Translations under genes and position numbers: made by a program | The notes under the pieces: model-generated | What the model was told of the DNA's origin: nothing | Database searches by the model: none | Seen by the model: the letters and a program-made list of their open reading frames with translations, nothing else | In this document: in pieces, positions 1 through 6,500 of the stretch | How positions within the stretch are numbered: position 1 is the first letter of the stretch | How the letters are laid out: each line of letters starts with the position of its first letter | NCBI GenBank assembly: GCA_050015895.1 | Contig: JBEKAN010000001.1 | Span: 1 to 42,701 of the forward strand | Length of the DNA: 42,701 nucleotides | Origin: Verrucomicrobiota bacterium | GTDB taxonomy: Bacteria; Verrucomicrobiota; Verrucomicrobiia; Limisphaerales; Palsa-1400 | Direction: 5' to 3'

Positions 1-10
1 GACAACAAAC

Positions 11-877
11 ATGTCATCCGGGCCGCTGGCCGACAAGCCAGCAGGGCTGTCGCGGGAAAATCCGGCGGCGGGGGTGGTGTGCGCCGTGTTGATGCCGCAC
101 GCGCCCATCCTGGTGCCTGAAGTCGGCGGCCAAAGAGGCGGCGCGGCGCGGGCCAGTCAGCAGGCGATGCGGGAGGCGGCGGCGGACGTGACGGGTTTGC
201 GAGCGGAGACGGTGGTGACGATTTCGCCGCACTCGCCGCGGCGGGCGCGGGCGTTCGGGGTCTGGGCCGGGGAAAGTCTGCAAGGCTCGTTCGCCCAGTT
301 CAACGCGCCCGGCGCGCGGGTGAGTCTTCCCAACGACACGGAATTTGCGCGCGCCATCGTCGCCGAGGCCAAGAAGCGCGATCTGGCGACGTGGATGATT
401 CACGAGCGGGATCTGGATCACGGCGCGCTGGTGCCGCTCTGGTTTCTGGCGGAGGCCGGCTGGGCGGGACCCACGGTGGTTCTGAGTCTGAATTACCCGG
501 AGGACGGCGGGCTGGCGGAACTGGGGCAGGCCATCGCCGCCGCGGCCCAGGCGTCCCATCGCCGCGTCGCCATCGTGGCGAGCGGCGACATGAGCCATCG
601 TCTGACGGCGGGCGCGCCGTGCGGTTTTCATCCCCAGGGGCGTCAATTCGACGAAGCCTTCATCGGTCTCCTGCGCGGGGGCGATTACGAACAGGTTGGG
701 AAGATGAATCCAGAACTGCGGGAAGTGGCGGCGGAGGACGCGGTGGACTCGACTTTGGTCGCGGCGGCGGCGGCGGATTGGAAGTCCACCGGCCACAAGG
801 TTCTCAATTACGAGGGGCCGTTCGGAGTCGGCTACGGGGTGGCGATTTTGTTCGGAGAAACGCAGAATCAGTTCTGA
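11..877 (+). CDS. LigB/Memo-superfamily (class III extradiol dioxygenase-like) protein, first gene of an AmmeMemoRadiSam-type cluster
   Basis: ATG at 11, 288 aa. LMPHAPILVPEVGG near the N-terminus and a later SGDMSHRL are typical of the LigB/Memo fold. It lies directly upstream of the AMMECR1 and radical SAM genes. Confidence 0.75.
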   Translation: MSSGPLADKPAGLSRENPAAGVVCAVLMPHAPILVPEVGGQRGGAARASQQAMREAAADVTGLRAETVVTISPHSPRRARAFGVWAGESLQGSFAQFNAPGARVSLPNDTEFARAIVAEAKKRDLATWMIHERDLDHGALVPLWFLAEAGWAGPTVVLSLNYPEDGGLAELGQAIAAAAQASHRRVAIVASGDMSHRLTAGAPCGFHPQGRQFDEAFIGLLRGGDYEQVGKMNPELREVAAEDAVDSTLVAAAAADWKSTGHKVLNYEGPFGVGYGVAILFGETQNQF

Positions 878-880
878 GTC

Positions 881-903
881 AGTGAATTAGTGAATTAGTG
901 AAG
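881..903. repeat. 8-bp tandem repeat (AGTGAATT, about 3 copies) in the 28-nt gap between gene 1 and the AMMECR1 gene
   Basis: Read directly: agtgaatt agtgaatt agtgaag. It is AT-rich against a GC-rich background. Confidence 0.6.
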
Positions 904-905
904 CA

Positions 906-1463
906 ATGAGTGACTGGCAAACAGCTCCAGAGAAGACAGCCCAGAGCGAGGGCGTCGTGCTGGCCGGTATGGCGCGGCAATCCGTCACGGCGGCGCTGGG
1001 CGGCGGCTCCAAGGTCCCGCCGGCGGCCGGCGGTCTTTATCTGGGCGCGCGCCACGCGGTTTTTGTGACCATCCGCGAGCGGAGCGGAAGGTTGCGGGGC
1101 TGCTGCGGGACGATCCTTCCTGTGTGCGCCAACGTGGTGGCGGAAACCTGGCGCAGCGCGCGCCTGGCGGCGTTTGAGGACTCGCGGTTTCCATCGGTGG
1201 AGGCGGATGAGCTTGCCAACTTGCGTTTTGAGGTGAGTGTGCTGCATTCGATGGAAAGAGCCGCCTCGGCCAGCGATCTGGATCCCGCGCGCTACGGCGT
1301 GGTGGTTTCCACCGAGGACGGCCGGCGCGGACTGCTGCTGCCGGGCATCGCGGAGATCAAGACCGTGGGGAGGCAGTTGGGTGTGGCGCGGGAGAAGGGA
1401 GGGATCGGGCCGGAGGAGCCGGTGATGTTGCAGCGATTTGAAGTGGATCATTTTGAGGAGTAG
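906..1463 (+). CDS. amrA: AMMECR1-domain protein (AmmeMemoRadiSam system protein A)
   Basis: ATG at 906, 185 aa. It has the AMMECR1 hallmark LRGCxG (here GRLRGCCGT), plus DSRFP and a GLLLPG-type segment. It is adjacent to the radical SAM partner. Confidence 0.85.
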   Translation: MSDWQTAPEKTAQSEGVVLAGMARQSVTAALGGGSKVPPAAGGLYLGARHAVFVTIRERSGRLRGCCGTILPVCANVVAETWRSARLAAFEDSRFPSVEADELANLRFEVSVLHSMERAASASDLDPARYGVVVSTEDGRRGLLLPGIAEIKTVGRQLGVAREKGGIGPEEPVMLQRFEVDHFEE

Positions 1464-1487
1464 ATTGGGTCGTTAGTTTATTCCTAA

Positions 1488-1559
1488 TCTTAATCCTAAT
1501 CCTAATCTCAATCTCATAGAGGGGGAGGATTAAGATTAAGATTAGGATTAGGATTAAGA
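1488..1559. repeat. Long imperfect hairpin built from inverted arrays of the hexamer TAATCC/TAATCT
   Basis: Manual pairing: 1488-1516 pairs with 1531-1559, 29 positions with 2 mismatches. This includes a perfect 17-bp core (1491-1507 with 1540-1556). The loop is 14 nt (tagagggggaggat). It lies between the amrA stop (1463) and the amrS start (1575). Confidence 0.8.
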
Positions 1560-1574
1560 GCAGAATCTACAGCC

Positions 1575-2651
1575 GTGAAACAAGCCCAACCCAATTATCC
1601 GGCGCGATGGTGGAAACCGCTGGCCGACGGGCGGATCGAATGCGATGTTTGCCCGCGGTTGTGCAAACTGCACGACGGGCAGCGGGGGTTCTGCTTTGTG
1701 CGCCAGAACATCGCCGGGCGAATGGTGCTGACCACTTACGGTCGAAGCAGCGGCTTTTGCGTGGACCCCATCGAGAAGAAGCCGTTGAACCATTTTTATC
1801 CGGGGACCAGCGTGCTTTCCTTCGGCACGGCGGGGTGCAATTTGGGTTGCCGGTTCTGCCAGAACTGGGACATCAGCAAGGCGCGGGAGTTCGACAAGCT
1901 GGCGGAGGAGGCGTCGCCGGAGGCCATCGCCGCGGCGGCGCGGCGGATGGGAAGCCGGTCGGTGGCGTTCACCTACAATGATCCGGTGATCTTCGCCGAA
2001 TACGCGATGGACGCGGCGGACGCCTGCCGGCGGGCCGGGGTGGCCGCGGTGGCGGTGACGGCGGGCTACATGACGGAGGAGTCGCGGCCCGAGTTCTACC
2101 GGCATATTGACGCGGCGAATGTGGATTTGAAGGGGTTCACGGAGGAGTTTTATCACCGCCAATGCTACGGCGAACTGGAGCCGGTGCTGGAGACGTTGAA
2201 GTATTTGCGGCGCCAGACCGGCGTGTGGTTCGAGGTGACGACGCTGCTGATTCCCGGCGAGAACGACAGCGAGGCGGAAATCGAGAGGGCCTCGGACTGG
2301 TTTGCGGCCAACCTGGGGCCGGACGTGCCGTGGCACTTCACGGCGTTCCATCCTGATTACAAGATGCTTGACAAACAGCCCACGCCGCCGGAGACGCTCA
2401 CGCGGGCGCGGGCCATCGCGCGGGCGCGCGGGCTGCGCTACGTCTATACCGGCAATGTGCATGACCGGGAGGGCGGGAGCACTTGGTGTCCGGGCTGCGG
2501 TCAGCGGGTGATCGAGCGCGATTGGTTTGTGATCGGCGAGTGGGGTCTGAAGGGCAACCGTTGCGCGCATTGCGGATTTGAGATCGCCGGCCGCTTTGAC
2601 AGCCGGCCCGGCTCGTGGGGCGGCGGCCGAGAGCGCGTGCGGCTGAGCTGA
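1575..2651 (+). CDS. amrS: AmmeMemoRadiSam system radical SAM enzyme
   Basis: GTG start at 1575; there is no nearby in-frame ATG. 358 aa. The CX3CX2C radical SAM motif is present (CNLGCRFCQNW). There is an N-terminal Cys cluster (CDVCPRLC...GFC) and a C-terminal CPGCG...CAHCG ribbon-like motif. Confidence 0.9.
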   Translation: MKQAQPNYPARWWKPLADGRIECDVCPRLCKLHDGQRGFCFVRQNIAGRMVLTTYGRSSGFCVDPIEKKPLNHFYPGTSVLSFGTAGCNLGCRFCQNWDISKAREFDKLAEEASPEAIAAAARRMGSRSVAFTYNDPVIFAEYAMDAADACRRAGVAAVAVTAGYMTEESRPEFYRHIDAANVDLKGFTEEFYHRQCYGELEPVLETLKYLRRQTGVWFEVTTLLIPGENDSEAEIERASDWFAANLGPDVPWHFTAFHPDYKMLDKQPTPPETLTRARAIARARGLRYVYTGNVHDREGGSTWCPGCGQRVIERDWFVIGEWGLKGNRCAHCGFEIAGRFDSRPGSWGGGRERVRLS

Positions 2652-2718
2652 TTGGCGGAGCGCATGAATCTCAGGCGGGAGATGGTGTGGGCACGCGCGA
2701 CTGTACGATAACAGCAGC

Positions 2719-2747
2719 TTGCGTTTTTGGCCGGACACAAGTAAATT
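2719..2747 (+). promoter_or_regulatory. Sigma70-like promoter candidate for the TA pair (TTGCGT-N17-TAAATT), possibly giving a leaderless mRNA
   Basis: -35 at 2719-2724 and -10 at 2742-2747. The antitoxin ATG at 2754 is only 6 nt after the -10 element. Confidence 0.3.
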
Positions 2748-2753
2748 TTCACA

Positions 2754-2954
2754 ATGAGTGTTCAGGAGATCAAAGAAGCAGTGCAATCTCTCAGCCTGCA
2801 GGAACGGGCGGAGGTCGCGGCCTGCCTTCATTCGTGGAGCGACGACGGGTGGGATGAACAGATGAAACGGGATTTGGCCTCCGGCAGACTCGACAAGGTT
2901 CTAGCCCAGGTGGATGTGGACATTGCGGAAAACAAACTTCGCGGCCTGCCGTGA
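2754..2954 (+). CDS. Putative antitoxin (addiction-module component-like)
   Basis: 66 aa and acidic. The N-terminus (SVQEIKEAVQSLSLQERAEV) resembles the 'putative addiction module component' family. Its stop overlaps the GTG start of the next ORF (GTGA). Confidence 0.65.
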   Translation: MSVQEIKEAVQSLSLQERAEVAACLHSWSDDGWDEQMKRDLASGRLDKVLAQVDVDIAENKLRGLP

Positions 2955-3220
2955 TTTCGCGGACGCACGGCCAATTTTGGGAGTGCTTCGGTGGCTTGCC
3001 GGGGGACATTCAGCGGATTGCCAGTGAGAAGTATCGGCTATGGGAACAAGACTGTTTTCATCCTTCGCTCCATTTCAAACCATTGAAGAATGATGTTTGG
3101 TCGGTCAGAATCAACCAGAGCTACCGGGCTTTGGGCCGGCGCAAAGGAGCGTTGATAGTGTGGTTCTGGATCGGCAACCACGCAGAGTACGACAAGTTCG
3201 TGAAGCACGCGTCCTTTTGA
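2951..3220 (+). CDS. ParE-like / RelE-superfamily type II toxin
   Basis: 89 aa. The C-terminal WSVRINQSYRALGRRKGALIVWFWIGNHAEYDKF matches the ParE-like toxin consensus (yRAlg...WfWIGsHaeYdk). It has a 4-nt overlap with the upstream small acidic ORF. Confidence 0.75.
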   Translation: MISRTHGQFWECFGGLPGDIQRIASEKYRLWEQDCFHPSLHFKPLKNDVWSVRINQSYRALGRRKGALIVWFWIGNHAEYDKFVKHASF

Positions 3221-3320
3221 TTCATTCAGTCTCCCGCAATCCGCTTGATCTCGCCTTCCCATTGTCCATAGGCGATGGAATTGCCGATGATTCATCCTCG
3301 AGGCGATAAATATCAGGTGG

Positions 3321-3477
3321 TTACGGCCGGCGGGTCATCGAGCGCGACTGGTTTGTGATCGGCGAGTGGGGCCTGAAGGGCAACCGCTGCGCGCGCTGCG
3401 GATTTGAGATCGCCGGCCGCTTTGACGGCCGGCCCGGCTCCTGGGGCGGCGGGCGCAAGCGTGTGCGCTTGAGTTGA
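3321..3477 (+). pseudogene. Orphan 3' fragment of an amrS-type radical SAM gene (duplicate of 2505-2651)
   Basis: In frame it reads RVIERDWFVIGEWGLKGNRCARCGFEIAGRFDGRPGSWGGGRKRVRLS*. This is 46 of 49 residues identical to the C-terminus of the intact gene. It has no start codon and no upstream gene body. Confidence 0.85.
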
Positions 3478-3520
3478 TTGCCGTTATTCAGTATGCGGCT
3501 GAGGGACCACGCCGCGAAAG

Positions 3521-3540
3521 GCGGCGGGGCGCGCCGCCGC
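3521..3540. terminator. GC-rich hairpin between convergent genes (GCGGCGG-ggcgcg-CCGCCGC)
   Basis: 7-bp perfect stem read directly. It sits between the + strand amrS fragment and the stop of the - strand giant gene. There is no clear U-tract. Confidence 0.3.
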
Positions 3541-3557
3541 AGCCGCAAAGAGAATTC

Positions 3558-6500
3558 TCACGGTTGGATCAGGACGCGATAGAAGCGACCCGAATAGGCG
3601 GCGGCCAGGGGGTCGTCAAAAAGCAGGGCGCCGGAGAACGGAGTGTTGGTTTGCAGGGAGGTCCAATCCACCAAGTTTGTGGACCCCTGGATGAGGGCCG
3701 AGGTGGCGCTTGGACCGCTGAAGGAGAATTGGAAGTGACCATTGGCGAGCAGGGTCGGGCTGGCGAGGAGCGTGGCGCGCACCACGCTCAAAGTCACCGC
3801 CGTGGCGCCGTAGGTTGTCTCCCAGGCCAAATTGCCCGGCAGGGGGGGAAGTTGCTGGGAGGCAAATTGGCCGGTCTCCGACCCGTAGGTGAGGATGGCG
3901 AAGGATTGGCCGTTGGTGGGGATGAAAGAGTTGGTCAAAACGACGGACAGAATTCCCCCCAGCGTGGCGGAACCGGCGAAGGTCTCCAGGCTGAACTGGG
4001 CGCCGGGATTCGGGCCGCCCAGGGCCAGGTTGAGCCGCGGGGAACCGGACAAAGTGTACCCGGCGTTGACGGCCAGAGTGCCGGTTTGCAAATCCACCGT
4101 CCCGAGATTGTTGAAGTTGACACCTCCATTGGCGGAGTCGAAGACCGTCGCGCCCGTCGTGATTTGTTTTCGGAACGTGCCGTTGTTGATGAAAGCCGGC
4201 TGCCCGTAGTAGCCGGCTCCGACGCCGTTGTCATAGAAAAAGCCGCTGTTCTGGATGACAAAGGTGGTGTTGTTGTTGATCGCGCTTCCACAGGAAGCGA
4301 CGATATTGCCGCCGTTCCAATAAGCCGCGCTGTTGTTCGTGAGGCTGGCGAACTGTAGGGTTTTGTCCGCCGAACCGGTCAAGTTGAAGGTGAGGTTCGC
4401 TTGCACGCCGAGGGCCGCCGCAATGACGCCGCCGGTCCAGTTGAAAGTTCCGGTTCCGCCAAAGGTTCCGGTTCCATTGACGGTTCCCCCGGCGTCGAGT
4501 TCGAAAGCGCCGCCATTGTTGAAAACCACGTTGCCGCCCAGAGACAGGCTGCCCGCGGTGAGAAGCCGGATCAGCCCGGGGCCATTGAAGCTGATGAGGC
4601 CGGGGCCGAAGAGATGAGCGCCTCCGTTGAAATCAATCCGCGACCCGGCGGCGGCGGTGAAGGCCGCAGTGGTCAAGGCCGCAGTGGCATCGCCGCCGCC
4701 GCCCCCCAGCGCCAGGAAACCGCTCTGGACACTGACCGTGCCCTGATTATTGAAGGCCACGCCGCCATTGTCCGGCGGGAACAGGGTGGTGTTGGCGCTG
4801 TTGGTCTTCACAAAGATGCCGTTGTTGACAAACACCGGTTGGCCGTAATAGCCGGCTTCGACGCCGTTGTTGGTAAAGGACGAGTCGTTCTGGACGGTGA
4901 AGGCGCCGTCGTTTTGGAAAATGCTGCCATAGCTGCAAACCACCGCTCCGGCCCCGGTCCAAAGGCCGTGGGCGGCGCTGTCCAGCGCGCCGAGAGTGAG
5001 GGTCTTCGGGCCGTCGCCGGTCACGTTGAAATTGAGGTTCGTTTGCAGGCTGAGGACCGCCGAAATGACGCCGCCGGACCAGTTGAAAGCTCCAGAGCCG
5101 CCAAAGGCCCCGGTTCCATTGAGGGTGCCAGCCGCCAGCTCGACCGTCGCTCCGAGTTGGATCATATTGGTGCCGTTGATCGTGAGGGTCCCCGCGTCCA
5201 CGCGGGTTTCGCCCGGGCCGGCAAAGACGGCGCCTCCGTTGACGTTGAACGCACCCTGCGAACTCAAAACACCGTTTTCGACGTCAATGGTTCCATTCTG
5301 GTTGAAGGTCCACCCTCCTTCGTCGGGGGCGACAATGGTGACGCCGTTGGAATTGGTTTTTTGGAGCCAGCCGTTGTTGACGAAGACCGGAAGGGAGTAG
5401 TAGCCGGCTTCGAGGCCGTTGTCATAGAAAAAGCCGCTGCTCTGGATGACAAAGTTGGCGTTGTTGTTGATCGCGCTTCCGTAGGAAGCGACGATATTGC
5501 CCCCGTTCCAATAAGCCGCGCCGTTGTTCGTGAGGCTGGCGAGGAAGAGGGTTTTGTCCGCCGAACCAGTCAAGTTGAAGGTGATGTTCGTCTGCAAACT
5601 GAGGGCCGCCGAAATGACGCCGCCGGTCCAGTTGAAAGTTCCGGTTCCGCCAAAGGTTCCGGTTCCAATCAGGTTTCCCCCGGCGTCCAGCTCGAAAGCG
5701 CCGCCATTGGTCAAGTTGACGACCCCGTTGCCGCCCCCAAAGACGCCGCCCAGATCAAGGGTTCCTGCTGTAAGAAGCCGGATCAGCCCGGGGCCATTGA
5801 ACTTGACAAGGCCGGGGCCGAAGAAGTGATCGCCCGCGGTCAGATCAATCTCCGACCCGGCGGCGACGGTGAAGGCCGCGGTGGTCGAGGTGGCATCGCT
5901 GCCGCCGCCCCCCAGCGCCAGGAAACCGCTCTGGACACAGACGGCGCCCTGATTGTTGAAGGCCACGCCGCCATTGTCCGGCGGGAACAGGGTGGTGTTG
6001 GCGCTGTTGGTCTTCACAAAGATGCCAGTATTGACAAACACCGGTTGGCCGTAGTAGCCGGCTTCGACGCCGTTGTTGGTAAAGGACGAGTCGTTCTGGA
6101 CGGTGAAGGCGCCGTCGTTCTGGAAAAGGCTGCCATAGCTGCAAACCACCGGGCCGGCCCCGGTCCAAAGGCCGTGGCCGGCGCTGTCCAGCGAGCCGAG
6201 AGTGAGGGTCTTCGGGCCGTCGCCGGTCACGTTGAAGTTGAGGTTCGTTTGCAGGCTGAGGACCGCCGAAATGACGCCGCCGGACCAGTTGAAAGCTCCA
6301 GACCCGCCAAAGGTCCCGGTTCCATTGACGGTGCCAGCCGTCAGTTCGACCGTCGCTCCGAGTTGGATCATATTGGTGCCGTTGATCGTGACGACTCCCG
6401 CGTCCACGCGCGTTTCGCCCGGGCCGGCAAAGAGGGCGCCCCCGTTGACATTGAACGCGCTCTGCGAACTGAAAGCGCCGTTTTCGACATCAATGGTTCC

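Larger units (their letters stand above)
2656..3329 (+). mobile_element. Small inserted cassette carrying a toxin-antitoxin pair, bounded by diverged direct repeats of the amrS 3' end (2504-2655 and 3330-3481)
   Basis: The two ~152-nt flanks align by eye with about 15 mismatches. No integrase or transposase is present inside the cassette. Confidence 0.45.

Noticed and set aside
14-2831. Minus-strand ORFs 14-796 (260 aa) and 1554-2831 (425 aa), opposite the LigB-like and radical SAM genes
   Set aside because: The translations are Arg/Pro-rich nonsense, whereas the + strand genes carry family-defining motifs.
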